From Bugula neritina (lineage: Eukaryota > Animalia > Bryozoa): a stretch of 64,000 nt of DNA. The DNA is taken from contig OZ037773.1 of NCBI GenBank assembly GCA_964035545.1, forward strand, positions 959,751 to 1,023,750, written 5' to 3'. Below are positions 39,176-52,349 of this stretch, piece by piece (position 1 is the first letter of the stretch; each line of letters begins with the position of its first letter). The translations under genes and the position numbers were made by a program. The notes under the pieces were generated by a model that had not been told where the DNA came from, searched no databases, and saw nothing but the letters and a program-made list of their open reading frames with translations.

Positions 39176-42100
39176 CATGAGTCCATCTCCAACTCCATAC
39201 TACTCTTCCCCTACCTCTCTGTGGCATTCCCTCCCGTTACGGTGGCACGTACTCTACATGTAAATAGGACTTTCTTTTACATACTTGCATCATTCATTGT
39301 GCATATTTTTTTATATATACCTGTATCTCTAATCAGTTGGCTCTTGTATATTATACTTTTGTACTGTTCTCTATCTGCCCACCGATGTATACGTTTTTTT
39401 TATGTGAATTATATTTTTTTATCAGAAAAAGGGCTTTCTGCTGGAGGGGGCAGTGTGGTGGCTCGTAGAGCTACCAGCAACACAATACGCAAGGTTGCGT
39501 ATTGACCCGGAACGATGTATTAGCCAATTAGCTAAGCTGCTTATGAATAATAGTAGCAGCTTCGAGCTACTAGCCCAGTTGAGGATAGTGCTGTAAATTA
39601 AATAGACGTGTGTATTATTAACTGTTGTATATTAGATTTTATTATGTATTCTTGTATTCAAATATAACGATATCTACTCGACTTATCACGGTGAAGTTTT
39701 TCTAGTAATAAATAGACTCTCTTGGTTGCACATCGACCCTAATTCTGAAAATCATAACAATATGTATATAAATCTAGTGTCAATTACAGACAAAAATAAT
39801 CCAGCATTCATCAACAGTCATTATAATACCTATAAAATAACATGACTCTTTGTATGAGAAGAACAAGATGTAGTGTTGTCTTTAGTAAAATCAAATCTTT
39901 ATTGTGAGTAGAATGGGTAGTCTGTATCAGGTGAGCTCCAGTGGCAGACTGAATCTACACTGAGAGCTCATCTGCTTTTATACACAAAAATTCACACTCC
40001 GGAAAAGGGATGGGCAAATGTTTTTGAAGTGGGGCCGGTGACCGGGCAATTGTGGGTGGGCCGGCCAGGTCTTTTTTGTTGGCTGCCTGGTAGTCCGGGA
40101 TCATTGCCTCACCATGCCAAAGCTATCTGTATAGGCCGGGCAATAGTTGGTTCGATTGGGGTCGAGGTAGCGCTAGCTCTGATCAGCTGGGTAGATGGCA
40201 GGGTCGTAGCTTCATCTTTCGTCTCCTGAGTTAGGTCCAAGCAGTTCATTGATATGGGGTATTGCCGCATACTTCGGTCAACACGACCCGAAAAAGCTGG
40301 GTGACTGTTGGCCATGTGACTGTGCCGGTCTGAGGGTTGTGCTTCTGGAGTCGTCAGGACCATTCCGGATCCGAGGCTCAAAGTTTTTACCTGTATTGGG
40401 TGTACCACTCCTCTGTGGGGACATCTCCAGGTGTCCCTCGTGGTAGTCGGCCAAATATATAGGTGGCCTCCTACTCCTCTGGATTCTTTCAAAGGTGGCT
40501 GATCCTGTACCCTTGGTGGCTCCATAGGTGTTGTGGGTGGGGGCCCCCACTGCCACCCGCGTCAGGGGTGGGAATGTCCTCCACTGGTGAGGGTGCTGGT
40601 TTTGGGGCCCACTGCAATGGATGGTCTGGTCGCGGGGGTGGCTCCAGCTCAGAGTCAGGTTCTGGCCTCTTACGAAGATCACCACATTTCGGGTTGGGTC
40701 ACTTTCCCTCAAACGTTGAGTTGACGAAGCTTGTTTTACTGCGTCTAGACTATCCTGGTGTGGTATCAGGGGCTGCTCACTCTGAACTGATACTTGCCCT
40801 AGCATTCCAAACAATACATGTGGTTGGGTAGCCCCTCCACCACACAGTAGGAACCCAATATTTTGGGCTAAAGCTTAGCCGGTTGTCCACATAGCCTACA
40901 ATAGGTCACCATCCAAACCCAGTCCTCTGCCTGGTATAGGGGGAGCTACTCGAAGTGTTCCGTCCGCATCTGCCATTGCTTCTTCCGCAAAGCAGCATGG
41001 GCCTTGCCCTTGATCTTTACCAGCTTCTCCATGTACTAATATACTGAGGACTCGGGAGCTGGAACACGGTATTTCAGGTGATCCGGAACCCGTGTTTGCC
41101 GGCAAAGCATCATCAAGTTTGAGGTCCCCTCCGTGCTGGATTGTGGTGTGCTACGGTAAGCTCGCATGATCTGAGGCAGCACCACGTCCCCAGGAGGTAA
41201 GTTGCAAGGGGCAGACAGGATGATCCCACGATCGGAGAGCCCGCCTGTCGGCCTGGTCGCTTTGCAACTCGGTCACCGTAGCCTGCAGGCCCTTCACCAT
41301 GTTCATCAACATGGTGAGCTGCGATGGCTCCGGCGATTTAGTAGTCCGTGACACTAGTAAAACTGAATGTATTTTCAATGTGTCTGTTGGAGCACATTAG
41401 TTGTAACTGCAAGAGTGATTATTATTAAATTATTATTATTAGCTACTTTATCAGCAATACTCTGTTATAATTTAAATAATAATGCTATAGCTCAATCACA
41501 ATTGTATGTGTTAATTGAGTAAAAATAATTGCAGTATTTTCACGAGGAGTCCTGCGTTTCTGTTTGAGAGGCTAAAGGCCAAGCTGAGAACATGGCTCGG
41601 TAACACTTTCTCGTCCCTTTAATCCAGCAATAAAGCTTACTGCCTTGTGCTCTAACATTTCCAGAAACTCAGTGTCTTTAGCTAATGCTGGATCCCATAC
41701 GATATCTACGTACTCAAAAATAGGACGGATTAGTGTAGGCCAGTAGCTTACCTTCTCTGGGGGCATCATGTAGAACATATTTAATTGCTCCCAGAATTTT
41801 TGAGGCCTTTTCCTTTTCAAATGTAATATGATTGCTGTAGTGGTAATTTAATAATTACATTCAGTGGCTAGCTTTGGCCGGCATACGATATTGGCTGTCT
41901 GCATAATATGGAATATTATTGTTATCTGTATAAACTTCAGACTGCCATTGTCCTACCAGCAGACAGTCCATATCAATAAGGTGAATAGATGAATAGACAC
42001 ATTGCCGTTTAGTATTGCAACAGCTTGACTTTACTCCTTATGATTTGGATTACATAATCCTCAATGACTAAGATCATAAATACTTTCAATTCATAACACT

Positions 42101-44383
42101 GCTGTCTAGAAACCAGAGTTTGACGACCTGCAGTAATATAGTTATATTGGTGAGTGTGGTGTATGTGTGGCTTGAATGAAAATGAAAAGTATAAACGGGA
42201 GTGTGTATGAGAGAACGAGAGGAAAGAGAGAGGAGAGATAGAGTGAATGAAGAGATTGAAGATTGTGCAGAATGCATTAAGCTATATGAGCGAGTGCTAG
42301 CCCACTTGAGACTTGACAATACCCCTACAAACAAATACCTCTACAGACTGATGGGAGCTGGAGTCACCTCGCAGCCAAGCCAAGCGACCTGTGCCTGTAT
42401 GCTGGACTCGAGCTCACCTGAAGGCTACAACCCAATTATATTATTCGGTGAGATGCAATAGCTGAAAACTCCATATCCCGATATAACATGATGATCCGAT
42501 TTAAAGTTTGACTGCATTAAAATTCCCAAGTATGTTGTTGAGTCTCCCTAATTTATCTTTACTTTACTTAGCTTGTACAGGGGTTTGTAATTTCGATAGG
42601 AATACGAAATTGAATATGAATAACTATACCTAACTATAACTATAACTATAAGTCAATAACTATTAGCACTACTACTGGAATTGTGATTGTATTTATAATA
42701 ATTATCACCATCACAATCAATATTATTACCACAATGAACATCTTAATCAAAAATATAACATCATTACTACAGTTTTAGTTTATTATTATCTCAGTTGGGG
42801 TAGCACTTCCGCAGCAACTGAAATGCCTATAGAGAGGGAAGCCTCTTGTGACAACTTATATTAATATTACACCAGAGTTAGCACTTGTAGTTGTACTTGT
42901 TACATTTACAGCAATTGCTGTTTGATCAGTAATCATAATGAGTAATTGCAATCAGTTATTCATATATCATATATGATATAATGATTCATTACTATTCAAA
43001 TGTTGATCATAATATTAATCATAATGACAATCATATGGATAATAAATATAAACTTCAATATGATAATGATTGAAATTTAAATGTGAAATTCAAAAAGAAA
43101 AGGAAAATCAAATAATATCATTATTAAATTTAAATCAAAATGTCGTTTGTCCTTGAAATTGAATTTGACGAAAAATATTTAAACTCATATTCAAATTTAA
43201 AGTAGTAATAAATTTGTATACGTTTACGTATTTTATGACAGCTTCCACGCACTACTATACTAGTGCAACACACCAATCGACAACTAAACATAGTCACTAA
43301 CTGTAAAGTGAGCACTTAACATAATTAATTAAAGTAGTAAAAATAGCATAGTGTAATGAATACCTAATAGTTGGTCGAGAATTCAGTGTTGCGTTTAGTA
43401 TAACGTTTCATTTAAATAAGTTATCGCATCGCTTGATTCCCGCCTACGCAACGACTGCTAGTTGTATTAATTAGATAGCAGCACGCCCTCGCCCATTGGC
43501 TGTGGTTTTACGCTTTGGTAGCCCGGATGTTCGTTGCAGACTGAACCTACAGCTAGTAGAATAGTAGCGCTCTAGCAATGCAAGTTTCATCGCATCAATA
43601 ACAATCAAATTTAACATGATATAATTATTAAAATGTAAATCAATTTGAATTGTGCATCAACAGCACACGCGAATCTGCTTCTTCTAGCTCACTGTCACAC
43701 GGTGCAACTGCTGTAACCAATCACATTACTCTCAGACTGTGTCAGAGCCAGTCTTATTGCACTTACCATTACATCAACAAACAAATTTCTGGATACAAAT
43801 ACATAATAGAGCATCAACCAATTAAATTAAGAGCTACAACTAGAAAGAGCTGAAAAGTTGACCTTAAAAATATCAGCACCACTGTCAGATCAGAGAATAT
43901 ACAATATTTTATATTTTTGCAGAGTAGATACTGCACAGTAACTTGATGTATTTGCACCTTACAGAATGATATGCTAATAGTAATGGTGATTATGATTGGA
44001 ACTAATGGTTTTAATATATATATGTATAGCTTGAAAGTTTGTAGTAAAGTAGTGGAGAAGAAATTCAAACTTCATCATGGCCTTGCAAAATAATTCACTA
44101 GGTCATACTCCATCATGGCCTTGTAAAAATATTTACCAGGTAGATACAACTGGTTTTTTCTAGCTAGAAAATGATTATTTTATTGATGAAAATAGAAGTG
44201 TCAAAACAGTTACATCCTCATGAAGACAGACATCAAGATTGAAACTATTTGCTAATGTAAACAATAAAAATGCCAAATAGTCTCATTACTATGAAGCTTG
44301 CAAAGATTGTGGGAAATATTTTACAATGAAGTTAGAAGTAGAATTTCTATAAAAATATGTCATGAGTGATTAAACTAAAGTAT

Positions 44384-44419
<36 letters not shown>

Positions 44420-44512
44420 CCATTATTCTCAAAAAAAATTCTTAAAAAGGCTATATTTTCAGTAGGATGCATGACTGTACATATACTGTTTACTTATGTT
44501 AATTCTTACTTC

Positions 44513-45266
44513 CACAGGATAGTTAAGGGCAACCTTTTAGCTGCAACTGCCTTGCTGAGGTTTGCATTGTAATCATATAAGAATTCAGTACCAGTAAAAT
44601 AAAATCTCACCTAATTGTGCTAGAGTCAAAATTTAAAAACTATGTTGTAGATCTTTTTTTTCTCCAGTGTAAGTTTTTTGGAAATTTCAATTTTCATTTT
44701 TTTCGCGAAGTTATAGACAAAAAACTGCCGAATTTTGGCCAATTTTGTCTGAAAAGCTGACTTTTCAGTACCAGTAAAATATCTCAGCAGCAAAGCATGA
44801 TATCTGAATAAAAATTGCACTGCTGGAATCCTGAGATATTTCTCCAGTGTAAATTTTTTTCTTTTTTCAATAACTCTGCTAGATTTCTCATAAATTGGTG
44901 ATTTATACACTGAAAATGCCATATTTTCTCATAAGAAACTAGCAGCGCGCAGCACTTCACGCTTCACTGAGCACGTAGGGATGAGAAGATATTGGCGCCT
45001 ACATAATAATTACAGGCTAGCTAGCTGGCAGGCTATAATGAATAGCTCGCTTTGTACTTTGTTTATGTAGCACCCATAATGGAATGTTGATAGATAACGC
45101 AGCCCTAACGAAGGTTGCTGCTTATTGGTTGTAGTTTAATCTTAGGCTAAACAATTACAAGTAGGCAACACGCATGCCACCCGCAGAGCAATATTATTCA
45201 AGAACCTGAACTACATTTTGTGAGAAATTTATGATATTCTTAGTGAGGATGCCCAACTATCCTGTG
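44513..45266. mobile_element. Non-autonomous CACTA/CMC-type transposon, copy 2
   Basis: Same TIR family and internal sequence as 14702-15457; no matching TSD visible. Confidence 0.85.
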
Positions 45267-46724
45267 CACCTGTACTTCACAAGTTATGTTTCTGAGATTT
45301 TCTGCCAGCTCACTAAAATATGGTTTCGGCGATGCTGAGGTTTGCCTGAGACTTCCAGTAAGATAGTAGCTGCAGCAGGTTGATGCAATTATAAATTATT
45401 ATATCTGCTCCCTCACCGTATGTAGACTACAGTTTATCTATAACATTCAAGAGAGAATATAAAGTACATTCAAAAAGTAATAGGATGCATGAGGCCCAAT
45501 AATTAAGTAAAGATAAAGTTTAAATGTACAAGTTTGAAGTAAGTTAGATATTTTGGTCTGGCATAGAAATTGCTCTAAACGAAGAATGCAATAATATATG
45601 TATACATATATATATGTATATGACACATGATTTTATAACTTCTTTGGACAATGCAAATAGGATTACTTAGTAGTGTGGCTTTTAAATAAGTAATTGCGAT
45701 GTTGATAGTACTACATGCCATGATCACGTGTCTAAAAATTTGTAATATTGACTTTTGAAATAAAACGCTAATTGATGAAGAAATGGGAATGAATAAAGAA
45801 GCCGAAAGATAGAACAGATTTTGTTCATTAATGGAGATATACATATGTATATGTGTGAATATTTCTTCCTGTAAACATATAGATGATATATACAATATTT
45901 TAAATGCTTAATAAATTATTTAACCTTAATATAGCCCGTTACAAAGATCAACACGTGAGCATAGGCTGATATATTTTATCATATTATAGTTTAAAAAAAT
46001 TATTCTGTAGATCATAGACTGAAGTACAATTATTGATGATATAACTTACAAAATACAAAAATGAGCCAACAACAACAGACCCTTCTTACGTCAATCCCTA
46101 TCTTGGCTGTAAGCTGACAACATACCTATGTTAATGTTTTCCAGAATTAGGGTTGATATGCAATCCAGAGAGTCTAATTACTTGCTATAGAACTGCACCA
46201 GGATAAGTCGAGTGAACGAGTATATATTTTAAACACAATAATACATTACAAAAACGATACAAATACATTTGACAATTCTACACATCTAGGCTATTCAGCA
46301 CTCTAACTTCGACTAACTAACAGCAGGAAAACTAATACTGCTGCTAACTATCAAAACCGCTAATTGGCTATCACTTGTTCCGGGTCAATTACACGACCCT
46401 GTATACTGTGCTGCTGGTAGCCCCACGAGCCACCACACCGCCCCCACCAGCAGAAAGCCCTCTTTCTGATATAAAAAATATTTCTTCATTACCCACATAC
46501 ATCAGTAGACAAAATTGGAAAAAGACAATATCTAAGATATACAATAACAGACAGAGTCATTATAACAGCAGGCTACATACAATTGGCCAGCTATAGAGGA
46601 GAAATACCGGCTAGCTGTGGTATTGGGCAAAGGGTCGACCTGTCGAGCAGTCAAGCATTTACATGATAGTCTTGGGTCTCCCAAGAGGACGAAGTTGTGG
46701 ATTATTCCGGCAGCAGAACCAGAG

Positions 46725-47767
46725 TCAGTGTTGGGCACGCCGATGTTTGGCTTGGCACGTACGTAGCTTCCGTTTAATCCGGCCCACCGATCCTTTTAGT
46801 TGGAAGAGCCTCGTCGTGGTATTAAGCAAGTCCGGTGCTAACTGGGTAAATTCCTCTTGCAGGCGGAGGAGGCGTTCCTCCACTGTGGCCAGGCGAGCAG
46901 GGTCTGGGGACGGTGTCCGTCTGCGGCGCAGAGGGGGACTGGGAGACCTGGTTCGTCTCTTCGTCGGGGTAGGGGAGACCTCTCCTTCTTCAGGATAGGA
47001 AAACTCTTCGGGGGTGTACGCAATCTGAGGGCGGTCAGATACCAATGGAGATTGTTGCCTGGCATAGTTTAGTACACGCTGGAAACCTGAGGTCAGGACG
47101 GCTGACAACATCGCCTTCTTTACCAGGGGTCGTATCAGAGTGAGGAATTCTGGATAGAGCTTGGCATCCACCACGTAATTCTCTCCGGAGAAACAGCCCG
47201 TCGCTCGATGTCTGGTGACGGGGTAGGGGTAGACATCATTGTATCCACAGGGGCAGAATGTGAGTAAGAGATGGGCGTTGACATGTAGCTTCAAGGAGCG
47301 GTGAGAGGCACATTCTTCGTCACAAATCTGGCACCGCGTCCGTCCTCTGGACCCCCAGGCCGTTTCTATCTGCTCCTCTGTTTCTAGTGGCTCGGGCCGG
47401 TCACCATTGGCATACTCCTCAGGATGCGGAGCAGGAAGTGCTCTATCCCGTACCCTGGTTGTAACGGGTCGAGTGTAATCTGAAAAAGTTTCAACAGTGT
47501 TAGTATAGTACACTGTCGTGTTGTCAGCTTGAACAGTCTGGCAACTACTCTCTCAGTTACCTCGTAGAGATTTATGGTAGTGAATAGTCAGATAGAACAC
47601 GTATTGCAATGAGATTATAAAATCTCTAAGTCAACTGAGTTCTTACTACGGTAGTTCACTAACCTATCTCCAGCTCGTTTGACTCAGTGAGTCGGAGCTG
47701 AGCGATGCAATCTAGTTTCATATTAAGATATAGTTAACTCACCCCACGATCTGTTGTCGTAAGACAT
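46725..47767 (-). CDS. G5 spliced accessory gene: exon 47743-47767 + exon 46725-47479; ~259-aa zinc-finger/Arg-rich/coiled-coil protein
   Basis: MSYDNRSW-G|GTGAGT ... TACTAAC branch point (47499-47505) ... TTTTTCAG|AT in frame; CQIC-x12-HVNAH, CPC, KRRTRSPSPPLRRRRTPSP, heptad C-terminus. Confidence 0.82.
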
Positions 47768-47791
47768 ACTGAATTTGTGAAATGGTTTGAA

Positions 47792-50700
47792 CTAATGCTT
47801 AGAAACACATCTACTCTTGACTGCATCAGCGTATGAAAAGATCGAGCAACGTGGTTGGGGTGCGTGATTAAGACTTTGTGCACCCGGCGGATGAATTTTG
47901 TTTCTATTTCCGCCGATACAAAAGTTGATATTTCCGTGGTGTTGACAACTCCCACATTTGCTCGATACTTTTCTCGTACGGTTTTCCCCTAGACTTTCAT
48001 ACGCGCCGCTTTTAACGCAGTCGCATATGAAGTCCTTCAAGTATGCGGGGGGTTGCCTCGTTCGCTGTCCCCTTTCTAGGGGGGGTGACACGCTCGCCGG
48101 TTCGTTAGCAGGGGCCTCTAATGGCGTCTCTACTTCACCGTTGGCGGTCACCTCTTCTTGTTCTCCGGATGGAGCCCCTCCCTCCGTGGGGTTTGCACTT
48201 CCGGAACCGGCTCGGTTTATGGAAGTGATGGAAATAGACTTGGTGGCGGCGGACACGCTTCTGTTGGCAAAAGCTGTCGCTCTTCTCTCACCAAGTTTTC
48301 CTCCCGCGGTATGACCACTTCATATTCAGGTCCATGCCGCCGTCGCCCGCGTGTTGTTGTCTGCCTCCTGGGCTCCAACAACGGGGGGGCTTCTCCCACT
48401 GCGTCGGGGCTAGCCCAATACTGCTTCAAGCGAGACTCATTCTGGATAGACACCTGTCCTGAGCGCTCAATCTTGTACGTATGATTGGGCATAGCCTCGA
48501 CGATCACGTAGGGTCCTACGAACTTAGGCTTCAGTTTATCAGCCTGTCCGCGACGCCTACGGTAATTGACCATCCACACCTTATCCCCTGTTTGGTAGAG
48601 GGGTGGTTCCTCGGAATCTTCGTGTTGCACCTTCCACTGCTGTTCGCGCAGTATATCGTGTGCGGCCTTCATCCGTTCAACTAGCTCACTGGCATACTCG
48701 TGAATCGAGTTGTCTAGCTCTGGCACGTGGTAGGTGAGATGGTCAGGTGCCCGGGTCTCTTTCCCGAGCATCAAGAGGTTTGGGGTCTCACCAGTACTGG
48801 TGTGTGGGGTGCTACGGTATGCACACATGACCTGCGGCAACACCGTGTCCCATTCCTCTTGACTGCGTCCAAGGAGGAGACTCCGGAGCGCATCACCTAT
48901 CATCCGGTTGTTGCGCTTCACCACCCCATTACCTTGTGGGTGATAGGGGGTGGTCCTGCTCTGATTTACTCCCCAGAGGCGGCAAAGGTCGCTCATCAGT
49001 TGAGACTGGAATTGAGCGCCTTGATCAGAGTGTATCTGTTCGGGGAGACCGAAATAACAGAGTACATGTTGGTCCAGTACCCTGGCCACTGTTGAGGCTG
49101 ACGCGTCTGGGATGGCCAGAGTATCCGCCCACCTAGTGAAGTGGTCGGTTAATACTAAGATCCAACTATTGCCTCTGGGGGTCAGGGGCATGGGTCCGAC
49201 CAGGTCAACCGCTACCACTTGCCACGGCCTGCCAGCATATAGCCTTCGCCATCCTGCTTCACCAGGGAGACGGCCATGTTTGCTGGCCTGGCAGATTTCG
49301 CACTGCTTTACTCTGAGCCGGACATCCCGCCCCATTTTGGGCCAATACCACCGGAGTTGCAATTTGGAGATCACTCTCTTGACCCCTGCGTGGGCCTGTT
49401 TGCGAGTGTCCCAGATTAACTCACGGCGTATGGCACTGGGGCAGACCACCCTTTTCCTCTCCGGGTGTCTAGAGAGATGGTCAATAGACCATCCTGCCCG
49501 ATCCTCAGCGAGTCCCAACGCTGGCAGAGTAGCCGGAACTCGGCGCATCCCTGCCATATGCGTTCCTCGCTGGGTCGTCGCCCATCCTTTTTGGCCCGAT
49601 ATATGTCTGCCACTACCCCAGGCGACTCCTCTTGGAGCTTCTGCAGCTCCTGGACATTATCGGCCAGTACAGGATTGGCGCATAGGTTCTGTACAACCTC
49701 TGGGGACTCGTCAACCTCCTGCCTGAGTTGACCCTGGTCCCAGTCAAACGGTGCTCCGTGGTGAGCCAATGTCTCCAACTCGCATCGCGGGGGACCTCCG
49801 TCCCTCCTCTCGATGTTGAGACACTGTTTGCAACCTCCATCAGGTCGGCGGCTCAAACCATCCGCATTGCTGTGTCTCTTGCCCGGTCGATGTTCGATCC
49901 GGTACGAGAATTCAGCTAGGATTTCGAGCCACCGGGCGACCTGACTAGAGGGATCTGCTCTCTTGCACAACCAGATCAGCGAGGCATGATCCGTACGCAG
50001 CCGGATCTTCCTGCCATATAAGTATGCTCTGAAGTGCTTCACTGACTTGATTACTGCCAGCAGCTCCTTGCGGGTAGTGCAGTAATTTTGTTCAGTAGGC
50101 GAGAGAGACTTGCTGTAGTAGGCTACTACTACCTCTCGGCCTTCCTGCACCTGAGACAGCACAGCGCCAACATTTTGGTCACTGGCGTCAGTGTCGAGGA
50201 TGTACTCCAGAGTGGGGTTTGGGTAGGCCAAGATGGGCGCCGTAAGTAGGCGGCCCTTGAGGCGGTCGAACGCTCCTTGTTCGACTGGGGTCCACTGCCA
50301 CGTCACTCCCTTTGCGGTGAGCCGGTTTAACGGCTGTGCTATGCCCGCAAAGTCTGGTATGTATTGCCTGTAATACCCTACCAGCCCCAAGAAAGCCCGG
50401 AGTCCGGTCAAGTCTTGAGGAGTGACCCAGTCTTCTATCGCCCGTACCTTTTCGGGATCCGTTGCCACACCCTTTCGACCGACAACGTGCCCCAGGTACT
50501 TGACCTCCGGCTGCAATAGAGCGCACTTGGAAGGTTTGAGTTTAAGACCGGCACCTCGGAGTCTTTCGAAGACCTCCTGCAGACGACTGACATGCGTCTC
50601 GAAGTCTGGAGAGATCACGATGACATCATCGAGGTAGATCAGCAGTGTCTTCCAATGGAGCCCACTGAGGACTTGCTCCATCAGCCTCTGGAAGGTGGCT

Positions 50701-52349
50701 GGGGCGGAGGTTAACCCGAAAGGCAACACCTTCCACTTCCACAAACCGTCCCGTGTGATAAACGCCGCTTTCTCCTGGGCGTCGGGACTCAGAGGAACTT
50801 GCCAGTAGCCACTCAGCTAGTCTAACGTACTGAAGTACTTGCTGCCGGCTAGGGCATCCAATGACTCGTCAATACGAGGTAGAGGGTAGGCGTCTTGTAT
50901 GGTTATGCTATTGAGCTTGCGGTAATCTACACAGAACCTCCAACTGCCGTCTTTCTTCCGGACCAGTACGACCGGCGAGCTCCACGCACTATGGGCGGGC
51001 TCTATCAGTCCCCGGTTCAGAAGATCCCGTACTTGTCGGCTAACCTCCTTTTCTTTTTCCTGCCCCAGCCTACGTGTGGCTTGCCGGACAGGGACTGTCC
51101 CTGCAGTCAGCGGTATTTCGTGTCTGACAACTCCAGTCAGCCCCACGTCATGATCTCCGCTGCTGAACACATCACCGTAGTTGCGTAGTAACTTCGCCAT
51201 AGCCTGGCGTTCTTTGTTACTCGCGCAGCCGCTACAGGCTGTGTCATACAACTCCCGGAGATGTGCTGGGACTGTCCCTCGCCCTTGAGTAGGGCACCGA
51301 GGGAATGCCTCCGTCGCATCACCCAGCAACGGGCCCACGTCTTCCTCCCGAACAGAGTGAAAACGGCCCAGCATAGACCCAGCCGGAAGCTTGACAGACT
51401 CGGTAAAGGGGTTGACGCACTGCACTAAGTTCTCCCCTTGCTCAGTCAGCTGATTCAGACTGCTGGCAAGTTGGATCTTTTCGTGCGCGCCTTCAACTAC
51501 CCCGAGTCCAGAGATCTGGCTATTGTTCACCCTGCAGTGAATGGTAGCCCGGGAGCGGCCTGGTATGGTACGGTTGCGTACCACCTGCACACCTCCCACT
51601 AAATGGCGGCCGAACTTGTCGACGCAGGCGAGTTCTCGCCCGGACATCACCATCGCAGATTTACTAAAATCTATGTGACATCCGTGCCGTTTTAGGAATG
51701 GCATCCCGAGGATGGCGTCCTTCTTGAGCTGACTGACGATGAACTTCTCTTGGATCGTTTTATCACGGACTCGTCCCGTCAGCTCAATTATACCATAGAA
51801 GGGAAGGCACGACCCGTCAGCTAGGGTGCCATACTCCCCCTCATATGGTTCCATCTCGCCTCTGACCCTAGCACTGAGGGTGTCGAAGAGTTGGCGGCTT
51901 AAGAGGTTCGTGGTACAGCCCGAATCAATGAGGAAAGTAACAGCTTTGCCTTCCAGTTTACCGGGCAAGAAATAGCTGTTCCCATGGGGCTGCACCTGAA
52001 CTCTCTCTTCAGGCCTTACTCTTGCAGGGAGTACCTCCCTCGCTTTGGGTCGCGAAGGAGGTCTCTTGGGATGGTGGTAAGTGGGCCTCGGAGGTGCTGA
52101 GGCTAGATTTCCGGCTACCTTTGTTGGCTCCCATCCAGATTCTTGGGCTGGTAGCCCTTCGAATCGATTGTGGAGGGGCATGGAAAAGGTAGCGGCGGGG
52201 CGGAGCCCCTTGCTGGTCCGTCGTGGCTGTTGCCACTGTTGGTTGCCAGTACGCGGTGCCCGTCTGGGTGACCTGCGTTTCTTCTTCCCTGGAGGTTTCA
52301 TCGTCGGCCCGCAGGAGGTGGGAACATCTGCGGGCCGCGGTAGTTTAAC
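47792..52349 (-). pseudogene. pol: G5 pol (PR-RT-RH-IN), one stop at ~50818 and frameshifts
   Basis: ORFs 50817-52409, 49416-50744, 48217-49557 and 47792-48256 carry all canonical motifs. Confidence 0.93.

Larger units (their letters stand above)
32298..39759 (+). mobile_element. Full-length Ty3/Gypsy element G4 with accessory ORF
   Basis: 306-bp LTRs 32298-32603 and 39454-39759 (about 3 differences), TSD ATAT confirmed by the empty site at ~6952, PBS 32605-32622, PPT 39443-39453. Confidence 0.97.
28739..43708. repeat. Segmental duplication unit 2 (contains the G4 insertion)
   Basis: Collinear with 3395-10949. Confidence 0.95.
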
